DNA of 64,000 nt from Eledone cirrhosa. Lineage: Eukaryota. The stretch lies in assembly GCA_964016885.1 (NCBI GenBank), contig OZ024743.1, positions 300,452,001 to 300,516,000 on the forward strand, read 5' to 3'. The stretch's first letter is position 1, and the number at the start of each line of letters is the position of its first letter. The notes under the pieces are model-generated. The model was not told the DNA's origin. It saw only the letters and a program-made list of their open reading frames with translations, and made no database searches. Positions 51,535 to 64,000 of this stretch are shown in pieces. The position numbers were made by a program, and so were the translations under genes.

Positions 51535-51628
<94 letters not shown>

Positions 51629-51913
51629 ATAGTAATAATAATAATGATAATAATAACATATATATTCTTTTCTTGCTTTTTCTCTTTTCGCTGTCCCTTC
51701 TTTCCCTCGTGCCTTTTTGATAGATAAAAGGCTATGGGCACGCTACCCCATAGATATTCTGTTTACAATGCGCCGAAACATACGTGATCCGTAGTAAAAA
51801 ATTGACGAAGGGAAACTGTCCATCTCTTGTTTGTGTCGCCTTACCTGCTAACACTACACCCCCCCCCCACACACACACATATATATATACATATGTTTGT
51901 GTGTGTCTGTCTG

Positions 51914-51984
<71 letters not shown>

Positions 51985-54573
51985 AGTTAGGTAACTTTCT
52001 ATGTCTGTTCTTAACACCTATAATTGTACATACCTCTGGTTAATCGATTATTTATTTAATTCATTCATTCGTCGAGCAACAATCAGATGAAGGTGGACTT
52101 CATTCAAATATGTTATGTATCAATATGTATATGGATCATCTGGCTTTGTTCTAACTCCCATAAGGTTGAGTAAATATTAGGCGGTAACTGAATACTTCTT
52201 CTAGCAATGCCTTTACTTGCCACAAATCTACCCTTCACAACCTTTCTATCTTGAACGTTCGCCACGTGATAACTTGTTCCTTTTAATCATTTACTGGAGG
52301 GGATCACTTTGGAAAAAACTGGTCCTAATTGAAGAAGTCACTTGAAAGGCTTGAAGACTCATGGAAAAAGTGCAACTTGAACGACGTTGCACTTTTTCTA
52401 CATAGCACAAGCGCAATTCCCGACAGTCGAGACGAGAAGAATTATTCGGTATATATTTGTCTATTTTTCTTCATACTTAATAAAAAATATAATATAGAGG
52501 ACCAATTTGAGACTGGTTTGGCATGCCAATTCAATAACGGTGAAGCATCTGCGAATGCCACACAAGCATCAATGTTGACCATTTTGCTAGTAGGCGTGAT
52601 TAATGTGGCTGGAGATTGCTATGTGGCGACAGAAATTCTACTCTCCTCAGAAAATGGCATTGATTATTCATAACCAAGGATTCCGCTACCGCAGAAGTCA
52701 AAGGATAAGAAAATCTGTGTCATTAGACATTGGTCGAAAACCAGTGTAGCGTGACGTTGGAGGCGTAAAGGGCCAACTCTATACAAAGACATGGATTTTA
52801 TAAATTGTATAAATAATTAAATATAATAAAAATAAAAATAAAATTATAAACAGATATAAACATATAAAATATACAAGATTGCAAAATTATAAGAATTATA
52901 AGATTAAACATTAAACAAAAAAAATATATAAAGTTGATGTGTGAATTTTACTTTAAATGAAATAAGAAAGTGAATTAGGAAGTTAAAAAACAAAGGCGTC
53001 TACTTTTAATCCTAATGTCACAGACACTTGAAAGTAAATTATTGAATAATAAAGGGGTAGTCAGAACTATTTCTCACGAACACATGTGTCTGCATTGAGG
53101 ACAAAAATGTGTAGCGGTGAACTGACGTAAGAATCGTCCTGAAATTCTCAAACTCCAAAGAAAATAGATTACTGTATTGAAATAATGAAAAGAGGAGAAG
53201 ATTAATTAATGATATAATCAATTAATTAATTCCAAGTAATTAAAATCAAGAACCAATCTTTCGTGGACCTGCACGTTATTGAGAGGACCACTTGTAGTCC
53301 ATCGATAGCTCAACGGCGAAAAATGATATGACGATAGATGTGAAACATATTACATATTCTAAATTACCTCCATGGTGCGGTAACTTAAATGGTAGATGTA
53401 ATAAATTACATATGGCTATACTTAGGTAGAAAATGCAGGGGTATAGTGGAAGGTAAACATTAAATTAAATTAAATCTGTATGTAATATTGAATAGATTGG
53501 TCGTTGAATATTATATTATATTATATATGGAATGTACTATGGGGTGTAGTATGATATAGGATGTAATCTAATGATGATGATTTATTTAAATGTTATAATA
53601 TGAGATATGAAAATATGAAATCATAAAATATAGACACGATCGATTCCAGGTGGCTTAAATATGATCCAGTTTAATCCGCTGCTGCATGGGATCTAAGTGC
53701 GGGAAACATCGAAACCTTGGGCGTTTTAAACCCTGAATTATCTTGATTGACTTAGTTAGTCAAAGCCAACACCCCTTATAAAATATACTCTCTTTTAGTT
53801 CCCAGACTCACTTTGCCACTGCTGTGGCTGTCCTCGTTTGCTGTTGTATAAAGGTCATAATGTATGCGTCGTACCGTTGTTTAACACGGTTATGTGGGTG
53901 ATAAAGTAAGGTGATTGTATTCAGTCTAAATTGCTAAATATTGCAGGTACTCAATAGGGTGTTTACATGTTTTATTATAATCAGTGTACCATTAGAAAAC
54001 TAAAGAATCCCCAAACAACACTAAGTACAGAGAATAGATAATGTTCTCGTACATTGACATATGTGTTTCCTCCTTTGGATTTGAGTACATTTCATTTACA
54101 CGACCGTTTTGTGCACTTGAAAGCATATTCAAACAATCATTTCTACATATATTTAAACAATAGTCACATTACGAATTTAGTTAGAAGCTAAATGCTAACG
54201 AAACATGTGTACACTTTACGTGGTGTCATTTTTTATAGTAGTTAACTTAACAATCTAAGTTGATAATTCCCATGAACAGGGAGTCGGTGACCTGCATGTC
54301 TACGAGATACTGCCCCGATTATTGTGACACTAATTATAGTCGAGTAGGTTAGAATTCCCACTGCTTTTGTCATGGAAGAAAGCCAAAAAATGTTCATTGC
54401 TATTCTGTATAACCCTCAACCCACATACATAAAAACTACTAATTACTTTACTATTGAAATGATTTCTTGATTTCTTAATTTGGCAAAATACTTAAATCAA
54501 TGTTTATACAGAAATGGGGGAATACGCCGACCTTTTCCTACTCCGTATGTGTGACACTTGCTTTTATCAATGT

Positions 54574-54688
<115 letters not shown>

Positions 54689-54889
54689 TAAATATTCTAT
54701 AGCGGTTGGCCGTGAGAGGCTGCTGTCGTTTATTTATTTACTGTTTCTTCATGGGTGCATTTTAATTTTATAGCCTGGTCTAATTGATTTTTTGTGTGGT
54801 TAATTATGCTAATTGGGAGAGGAAATGATGTATATATATATTATCAAATGATTCTTTGGACAGACTTTATTTTATAGTATATATATATA

Positions 54890-55317
54890 TGTCGTAACTA
54901 TGGCGACAGTGTGTTGACTATAGCAACGCAGTGTGGCCACCTGTGGGTAACACAAAAAAATAGCGAATTACTTCCCTTATCTCGGCGTTCTCTAAAAGAA
55001 GAGACGCCAATGTAAAACTCAAGAGATTTGGTTTTCAATTCCAGTCGCCTTTGTCCTGCCACGTGGACGTACTTTCTAAAAACGCCTGTTTTTGACCAAG
55101 AGATTTTCATATCTCTTCTTGAATGTAAGAATTAAGCCATTGCCGTTTATCTTGCAGGGTATGTCCTATGAATGTAATTATTATGTCATGTTTTATTAAA
55201 TGAATCATTTAATAAAAGATTAGCCTTGTTATCGTTAAAGCCCTTCTGTTTAAATTAATAATCTTAGAGAGAGGAGATATCGTTCACACACCTGGACGAT
55301 ATATCATTTTTCTTTAT
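54890..55317 (+). repeat. 5' LTR
   Basis: tgtcgtaactatggcgacag...atcatttttctttat, duplicated at 57532-57958; contains aataaa. Confidence 0.9.
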
Positions 55318-55330
55318 TGGTGAGCCGACT
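55318..55330 (+). promoter_or_regulatory. Primer-binding site
   Basis: TGGTGAGCCGAC directly after the 5' LTR; TGG complements the tRNA CCA end. Confidence 0.65.
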
Positions 55331-56115
55331 AAGAACAACTTTTAAAATTCTTCTGTGATTAAAATTCTTCTGTATTGCTGAATTGTATCTCCTTCTGACC
55401 TGCCTTGCAAGCATAGTTAGATAAAAACAAAAACAAAATATCACAACTCATCCAGCGTTTTATCAACAATGATATTTATTTTATGTACACAGTGTGCGAC
55501 GCTGAACATATATATATGGAATTCAGGCCCGTTGTTGTTTGGTATCTTGTCTTTGAGTGATCAATATTTTTCCTTTTGCATCAACTTCTCTATTTAAAAA
55601 AGAAACAAAAAAAAAGGGGTTTATCTGGATATAAAATTTTGCTTTCAACCTTCTGTTAAAATAACAAAATGGAGACTCAAACATTTTCTTTTCCCGCGTA
55701 CAGCTTGTGTTCTTCAATCCCAGGCATCTGATTGGCTGCATCGTGCCACATGACAGCTTCTTCATCACAAACACATTTTTCAATCAGCCATCTTGGGATT
55801 TGCTTACCAAATAATTTTCATGGAAAATAATTTTTTTTATTATGCAAATTTTATTTTGGCCGGCGAGAATTTTCAAAAAGAATTTCAGTTCAACTCGCGT
55901 GAATAAGATTTTGGATTCCAGTGTCATTTTTGGGTCGCATAGTTGCTTCGAAGAAATAATTGGCCTTAAAAATCCATCAAATCTTTGGGCATCATGAATC
56001 CACATCATTTGCCGTCCTTCGCAGGCGACATCAAGTTATGGTTTTTGCAGCTTGATGCTATTTTGATTTAACCAAAACCAAAGAACAGCATAAACTGAAG
56101 GTACTAGTTAGTGGC

Positions 56116-56961
56116 TTGCCTATGTCGTTGGCATATTCCGTGAGGGATGTGGTAACCAATTTAGCCGCAGACGTTACTTATGGCTCGTGGAAAGGGGAAA
56201 TTATTCGGCGGAATACCAAGTCAGCAGAAAGTCGTTTACGGGAATTGTTAGATGATGCGCAAATGGGTGACAGGACGCCAAGCTTCTATTTGCGACATTT
56301 GCGGGAATTGAGCGACTTCCAGGGGATGGACACCCCATTCCTCAAACAACTATTTTTCTCTCGTTTACCGCCAAGTGCGCAGATGGTCTTGGTCAATAAT
56401 TTGGAGAGGGAATCGTTAGATCAACTTGCCGCATCCGCGGATAGAATATTAGAGGTGGACTCTAACAGCAGTCGGCATAATCCTTGTGTGGCTTCTTCTT
56501 CTGTTCCCCCACACAATTCTTCTCTGGTCGACAGCAAAATGTTGGAGATGATCGAAGCGCTCACCCAAAAAGTGGAGGATTTGACCGTACAACACAGAGA
56601 GCCCTCTCAACGTTTGAGGTACCGTTCGCATCCGTCTGCTATTCCTCGAAACCGCTACGAGTACCGTTCGCCTCCGTCTGCTATTCCTCGAAACCGCTAC
56701 GAGTACCGTTCGCCGCCGTCTTCTATTCATCGCCAGCACTACAACGCAGACAACAATAATTCTTCGTTTTGTTGGTATCATGCTAACTTCGGCAGTAGGG
56801 CACAACGTTGTCGCACGCCCTGTAATTACAAGATCGGAAAACGCAAAGCAGAGCCACTAGGGCGGCTAGTGAACTCTGGGAAAATCGGACGAACCGCCAT
56901 ACTTTCGTATACGACCTGCGGTCGAACAATTTTTACCTTGTCGATACTGGCGCATCGATGA
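56116..56961 (+). CDS. Gypsy Gag (true start probably upstream and disrupted)
   Basis: MGDRTPSFYLRHLREL, LFFSRLP, LDQLAASADRI and the CWYHANFGSRAQRCRTPC knuckle; internal 42-bp tandem repeat. Confidence 0.8.
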   Translation: MPMSLAYSVRDVVTNLAADVTYGSWKGEIIRRNTKSAESRLRELLDDAQMGDRTPSFYLRHLRELSDFQGMDTPFLKQLFFSRLPPSAQMVLVNNLERESLDQLAASADRILEVDSNSSRHNPCVASSSVPPHNSSLVDSKMLEMIEALTQKVEDLTVQHREPSQRLRYRSHPSAIPRNRYEYRSPPSAIPRNRYEYRSPPSSIHRQHYNADNNNSSFCWYHANFGSRAQRCRTPCNYKIGKRKAEPLGRLVNSGKIGRTAILSYTTCGRTIFTLSILAHR

Positions 56962-57210
56962 GTATTTGGCCAGTCAGTTATCTAAAAAAAAACCCATCTG
57001 AATCAAATATAAATTTACGAGCAGTCAACCACACGGCCATTCGAACGTACGGGCAAATTTCGCTTCCTCTTCGGTTAAAAAATTGGCGTCGTGAATTGAA
57101 GTGGAAGTTTGCTATCGCGGAATTGCCATACACCATTTTGGGAGCGGATTTTCTCCACCATTTTTCCTTGTCGATTGACATCCGCAGACAACGACTTTTT
57201 GAGGCTAATA
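56900..57210 (+). pseudogene. Retropepsin-like aspartic protease
   Basis: Manual frame FYLVDTGASMSIWP continuing into ORF 56958 (...LRAVNHTAIRTYG...ILGADFLHHF). No RT follows. Confidence 0.85.
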
Positions 57211-57531
57211 GAGGCCTATCGTTTTTTTTTATCGCATTTGCGACCCTTACTGCGAATGGTATTTTTAATGCATTTTGCATTTATTGCTGCATGTGTATAA
57301 TTATTGCATTTGTTGTATATTGTTTGTGTAATGCTTGCATGCATTAACCTATTTCACCTCTATAGTGTTCGTTTTGAAACCGGTTTCAACAACTTGTAAA
57401 GAGTACCTTGTAAGGCTTTGGCTTCATTGTTATATACTACAGGAATTTTCCTTGCACCAATTTACAACTTCTAGTTCCTCCATGCTATCGTTTGTTTTAC
57501 GATTTTTATTAAAAATCTGGTCGGAGGTGAT

Positions 57532-57958
57532 TGTAGTAACTATGGCGACAGTGTGGTGACTATAGCAACGCAGTGTCGCCACCTGTGGGTAACACAAAAA
57601 AATAGCGAATTACTTCCCTTATCTCGGCGTTCTCTAAAAGAAGAGACGCCAATGTAAAACTCAAGAGATTTGGTTTTCAATTCCAACCGCCTTTGTCCTG
57701 CCACGTGAACGTACTTTGTAAAAACGCCTGTTTTTGACCAAGAGATTTTCATATCTCTTCTTGAATGTAAGAATTAAGCCATTGCCGTTTAGCTTGCAGG
57801 GTATGTCCTATGAATGTAATTATTATGTCATGTTTTATTAAATGAATCATTTAATAAAAGATTAGCCTTGTTATCGTTAAAGCCCTTCTGTTTTAATTAA
57901 TAATCTTAGAGAGATGAGTTGTCGTTCACACACCTGGACGATATATCATTTTTCTTTA
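57532..57958 (+). repeat. 3' LTR
   Basis: Near-identical to 54890-55317. Confidence 0.9.
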
Positions 57959-58358
57959 TATATATATACAGAGAGAGAGAGAGAGAGTGAGAGAGAGAGC
58001 GTGAGAGAGTGAAATAGATAGATAGATAACATATAATTTGTATATGCCTACACAATATTCAGTAATATATAGTAGCAAAATAGCAATATATTTGAATATT
58101 TTTTTTTAATTTCTTCAATTATTTCATATATACTCTTAGTACGCCCATTAAAAAAACATTTGTTGTTCAAATACTACTTAAGTAGCATTTTACAGAACCT
58201 AGTATAGCGATCATATTTCTTGCAAGATCGTTATATATCACCCCGCTTTATATTTATTGCAATAAGAGACAATAATATATTTGTTCAACACCATTATCAA
58301 AGTCATTCGATTTTATCCACTGTTAAGGTGTCCTAAATTAAGTTTATATATACTAACT

Positions 58359-58466
<108 letters not shown>

Positions 58467-58617
58467 CAGATATATATATATACATTTATGTATATATATA
58501 TATAATATATATACGTATATATATATATAAATATAATGTGCGTGTATGTGTGTGCTGTGTGTATGTATAAAACAGGAAATGAAGGAAAGGAGGAACTGCG
58601 TTATATATAAACGTATA

Positions 58618-58650
<33 letters not shown>

Positions 58651-59339
58651 CATAGGAATTCGTCCATCTTCTTCTTCTTCTTCTTCTTCTTCTTCTTCTT
58701 CTTCTTCTTCGCCTTTGTATTTGTTATCTTCCCTTCAATATTCTTACCCACTGTTTCTTCCGATGAATGACTGCTGAAACAGTTTCCGAAACCAATCTAA
58801 TAGCTTTTCTAAAATCTGAAGTAATTTCAGATTTGAGAATAAAACTAACTGCCCTATACTAAGAGCACACTTTCTAAGGTACAGTTTTTTTTTCAACCAT
58901 CAATTACATATATTGATCTTGGTTATTGCTTAATACCCATGCCTGTGGGTATACCAGCTATTTCAAATCGCTGATGTTGTACACAACTATGAATACAAAT
59001 GGTTCATCCATTATCGCCATTAATAATATGATAATGTCGCTGCAAAACGTTTTATATTTCAAAATAGCTTCAGAAAATGTTTCTGAAATAAACGTATTGC
59101 TTTTCATTCTATTCTGCTACCTACTGATGTATTTACCGAAGATATTTGTGTGCAAACTAAGAATACAACACTTACTTGAATCGTATGATATTGCATTATC
59201 GTTCTTGTAAATCTAAGAATCCGAGATCAATAGTTCTTGACTATCATTATACGAAAAGTTTGAAGTGAAAACTAATTATTGAATTCAATAATTTCTAGTC
59301 ATTTTTCTACTAACATTTTCAAATATCATTCTGTTGTTG

Positions 59340-59540
59340 GACTGGTAGAGTGGTTAAGGCGTCGGATAAATAAATGAAAGGCTGTATATGATTCTGGTAT
59401 TTACGTCCCGAGTTAATATCCTCCCTGCTTTCAATTTGCCTTTTATCTTTTCGGGGTTGATAGAATAAAGTACCAGTCAAGATTTAATCGAGTTTCTCCT
59501 CTCCATAGTTACTGGCCTTGTGAAGTAGAAATGTTATTCA
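59340..59540 (+). mobile_element. Degenerate tRNA-derived SINE
   Basis: tggtagagtggttaaggcgtcgg...tttgccttttatcttttcggggttgatagaataaagtaccagt. Confidence 0.7.
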
Positions 59541-60155
59541 AAATTATGATAATTTTTTCTTTTCTTCAAACTATACCCTTATATATTGTTCTTTACATGT
59601 ATTTTATATTTTATATTTTGATCTATACAGACAAACGTTATTTTCTTTATAACATAATAGACACTCTTTTGGAATCAAAATGAATTACAAAAAGTATATA
59701 AATAAACGAGCATTCTCTGAAATCCTAGTATATTTGTACCAGTTTAATACTTCTCCGCTATTTATAATTCTTACTTCCCCTTTATTTACTTTAGGCAGCT
59801 TCCACAGAGACCCATTCGTCTCAGTGGCTAGACGAATCACCACTCGTTTAATGCCCGCCCCGAAGAGGGTGACTTCCAAACCTTCCATTTAATTTTCTCT
59901 TTTTGGTTAAACCATTGTTTTGTAAAACCTTTTCTTTGTTTTACTTGTGTAATTCGTTGAAAGACACACTTTTACATATGATTTCCTATTTTGTCCTGTT
60001 TCAGTCACATCTGCACTGGAATAAATAGTATCAACCTAAATAAGAATATTTACACAATAATTTGTCTAAGGAAAAGGGACTGTCCCTATGTTCTTTGTCC
60101 TGTCTTGCACAAAAAATAAAACTTTGTCGGACAGAACAAAGGGGAGAAACAAAAT

Positions 60156-60540
<385 letters not shown>

Positions 60541-61099
60541 TATTATTACTATATATCACACCCTTTGATTTCCAGCTTCTACAGCCCACTATCTTTCACA
60601 GACACACACACTCACACATATACACACTTACACTTATACACACACAGTTACACACACATATATATTTACACACACATATCTTACGGCTTTCACACGCTAG
60701 CGCACCCTCTTGATTTAACCCATTTGGTCAGTAGCTTTTGCCACAGCCTATCACGCGCACGCGCATTCTTTCCCTCGTTTAAATTTTAAATAATTTTCTC
60801 CCCATAACGGCATTCCTGTCTTAACGACATCACAACTTTCTCCGCTTGGCCTGTTCCCCCCTTTTGGAACTTTCCCCCGTTGATGGGCGCGAGCCCGAAA
60901 TATTTGGATTAAATCTCTACTACGGTAACCCTTCTACCTTTGTTTTGTTTTCATCTTTGTCTCTCTCAATTTTCACTTTCACCTGTTTCTCCTATCTATC
61001 TTTCACTTCCTACCTCGAGATTTCCCCTCTGCATTGTTGTGGCTTTCTTAACTACGTATTTTACACATTACACATTGCTTCAAGCAAACTTTAACAGTC

Positions 61100-61161
<62 letters not shown>

Positions 61162-61263
61162 ATATATATATGTATATATATATATATTTATTTATTAAAT
61201 AACAGATTAAAGTTTAAGCAAAGAATCGCTGCTTTCACGCTTAACGGTATCTTCAAATGTATT

Positions 61264-61338
<75 letters not shown>

Positions 61339-61341
<3 letters not shown>

Positions 61342-61800
61342 GGGTCACTCTTGAGGGATACTGGTAACATGTAACCCAGTGCAACCTGTCACATGGTCGG
61401 GTCGTCGGCGACTAAACCGGCAACTCCACCAACTTAACTTGGTGAGGAGGGTGATTTTGGCACACTGCAGGACAAAAAACAAAACTTGACAAAGGTGGAA
61501 GAACTCATAAGAGTCAACGGCCATCCGAAAGTGTGTAAATATGTATATGCACATGTACCGCGCGGCTAAACCACTGGGAGTGAAGGACCCCTATGCCTTT
61601 GTCAAGGCATATTTCTAGGAAGAAGGCAACTCAAGAAACTGGCATAACTCCGATATAAAACCTGCGGCTCAGTAGTTACCGATGATGTTGATATTATCTT
61701 CTTTAAGGGTTATAGATACTGTAGCTCAGAGAGTGGTATTGGCTCAGTGCGCAGTCTTTCCTCACTTTAAAAAATATCTTCACGCACAGGCATTTCACGA
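61339..61800 (+). mobile_element. RTE-like LINE 5' UTR-type fragment (duplicated at 62772-63235)
   Basis: Motifs aggcaactc...ctccgatataaaacc and cctcactttaaaaaatatcttcacgcacaggc recall RTE 5' UTRs (from memory). No ORF. Confidence 0.4.
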
Positions 61801-61869
61801 TAGAATTAATTAATAATTATTAATAATGGTATATCGTGCAATCGCCATACTCGATAACGAAGAGTAGCC

Positions 61870-61907
<38 letters not shown>

Positions 61908-62179
61908 TATAAGGAACAGAGATGAAAGCGAAAATGCAACTGGAGTGTTTTTTTTAAAATATATATTTACTTTTTCCTTTACCGGTTTTGCAGTTCTTCT
62001 ACTTTTCAAAAGTAGAATTGAGATGGATGGTTTGTGGCTTTTCTCACATTCTCACATTCACACACACACAACACAACACACACGCATACATATATATATA
62101 TGTATGTATATATATATGTAACAGAAAAAATAATTAAAGATGGCATAGAAAATACGATGCAACGGGAGGAAACAATAGC

Positions 62180-62221
62180 ACCACTGACGATGTTACAGAT
62201 GTGCAACGAAAGAACTAGGAT
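62180..62221 (+). ncRNA. PLE 3' UTR hammerhead motif (duplicate at 63614-63655)
   Basis: ACCA CTGACGA T GTTACA-GATG-TGCAAC GAAA GAAC TA GGAT. Confidence 0.5.
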
Positions 62222-62413
62222 AAACTATATATATATTTGTTTGTGTCTATATTGTATCTGTATTTTTGACCGTTGGTCAGTCAATGGCAACATTGAGGAC
62301 CGAATAAATTAAATTAACCGAAATAAAAGACACAGAATCGAAAAGCAAAAAAAAAACAAACAGTGAGTGTGTTCTGTTATTAATTCTGGCAATATTACAC
62401 AAATATGACCCAC

Positions 62414-62469
<56 letters not shown>

Positions 62470-62601
62470 AATGTATTTGAGATCGATTGACGCAACCTCA
62501 AGCGATTAGCGGACCTCTAGACACACCGGATCATCGAGGCAATTGTCAGTACTTTATATAAATCCCTTATTTTATAGCCAATCATGTTACTCTTCTTTCT
62601 T

Positions 62602-62648
<47 letters not shown>

Positions 62649-62716
62649 TAAATAACAGATTAAAGTTTAAGCAAAGAATCGCTGCTTTCACGCTTAACGG
62701 TATCTTCAAATGTATT

Positions 62717-62774
<58 letters not shown>

Positions 62775-63302
62775 GGGTCACTCTTGAGTGCTACTGGTAA
62801 CATGTAACCCAGTGCAACCTGTCACATGGTCGGGTCGTCGGCGACTAAACCGGCAACTCCACCAACTTAACTTGGTGAGGAGGGTGATTTTGGCACACTG
62901 CAGGACAAAAAACAAAACTTGACAAAGGTGGAAGAACTCATAAGAGTCAACGGCCATCCGAAAGTGTGTAAATATGTATATGCACATGTACCGCGCGGCT
63001 AAACCACTGGGAGTGAAGGACCCCTATGCCTTTGTCAAGGCATATTTCTAGGAAGAAGGCAACTCAAGAAACTGGCATAACTCCGATATAAAACCTGCGG
63101 CTCAGTAGTTACCGATGATGTTGATATTATCTTCTTTTCGGGTTATAGATACTGTAGCTCAGAGAGTGGTATTGGCTCAGTGCGCAGTCTTTCCTCACTT
63201 TAAAAAATATCTTCACGCACAGGCATTTCACGATAGAATTAATTAATAATTATTAATAATGGTATATCGTGCAATCGCCATACTCGATAACGAAGAGTAG
63301 CC

Positions 63303-63340
<38 letters not shown>

Positions 63341-63847
63341 TATAAGGAACAGAGATGAAAGCGAAAATGCAACTGGAGTGTTTTTTTTTTAAATATATAT
63401 TTACTTTTTCCTTTACCGGTTTTGCAGTTCTTCTACTTTTCAAAAGTAGAATTGAGATGGATGGTTTGTGGCTTCTCTCACATTCTCACATTCACACACA
63501 CACAACACAACACACACGCATACATATATATATATGTATGTATATATATATGTAACAGAAAAAATAATTAAAGATGGCATAGAAAATACGATGCAACGGG
63601 AGGAAACAATAGCACCACTGACGATGTTACAGATGTGCAACGAAAGAACTAGGATAAACTATATATATATTTATTTGTGTCTATATTGTATCTGTATTTT
63701 TGACCGTTGGTCAGTCAATGGCAACATTGAGGACCGAATAAATTAAATTAACCGAAATAAAAGACACAGAATCGAAAAGCAAAAAAAAAACAAACAGTGA
63801 GTGTGTTCTGTTATTAATTCTGGCAATATTACACAAATATGACCCAC

Positions 63848-63935
<88 letters not shown>

Positions 63936-64000
63936 AATGTATTTGAGATCGATTGACGCAACCTCAAGCGATTAGCGGACCTCTAGACACACCGGATCAT

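Larger units (their letters stand above)
54890..57958 (+). mobile_element. Non-autonomous Ty3/Gypsy LTR retrotransposon (gag + protease only)
   Basis: Highly similar ~427-bp LTRs; PBS-like TGGTGAGCCG after the 5' LTR; purine-rich ggtcggaggtga before the 3' LTR; inserted in (TA)n. Confidence 0.9.
61103..64000 (+). repeat. Recent tandem duplication of a ~1.45-kb composite unit (second copy runs off the window)
   Basis: 61191-62533 is near-identical to 62644-64000 apart from microsatellite lengths. Confidence 0.9.

Noticed and set aside
61415-61455. Twister-like AACTCC...GAGGAGGG
   Set aside because: Lacks the P4/L4 loop needed for the pseudoknots.

Overview
AT-rich, microsatellite-dense eukaryotic DNA, almost entirely transposon-derived. 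The SINE families resemble those of octopus/cephalopods (my inference, not verified). I found no convincing host gene; most listed ORFs are (TA)n/(CA)n artefacts. Coding relics: a 5'-truncated CRE-type RT/RLE LINE (20.7-22.5 kb, -), two tandem R4/Dong-type LINEs (24.0-29.7 kb, -), two tandem plus one decayed Tx1/L1-type LINEs (29.7-38.7 kb and 43.7-45.9 kb, +), a 5'-truncated Penelope-like element (PLE; RT + GIY-YIG, 38.9-41.3 kb) with several 3' fragments, and a gag-protease-only Gypsy LTR element (54.9-58.0 kb). There are also many tRNA-derived SINEs, Helitron-like and foldback elements, and a ~1.45-kb tandem duplication. The most interesting layer is non-coding: about a dozen type I hammerhead-ribozyme (HHR) motifs from several unrelated repeat families. 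They include (i) a ~430-bp non-coding unit in circularly permuted, inverted arrays with covarying stem I (retrozyme-like), (ii) a ~1.7-kb non-coding element bounded by HHR-containing direct repeats, and (iii) HHR variants with a CCGA core. All folds were read by eye; ribozyme activity is untested.
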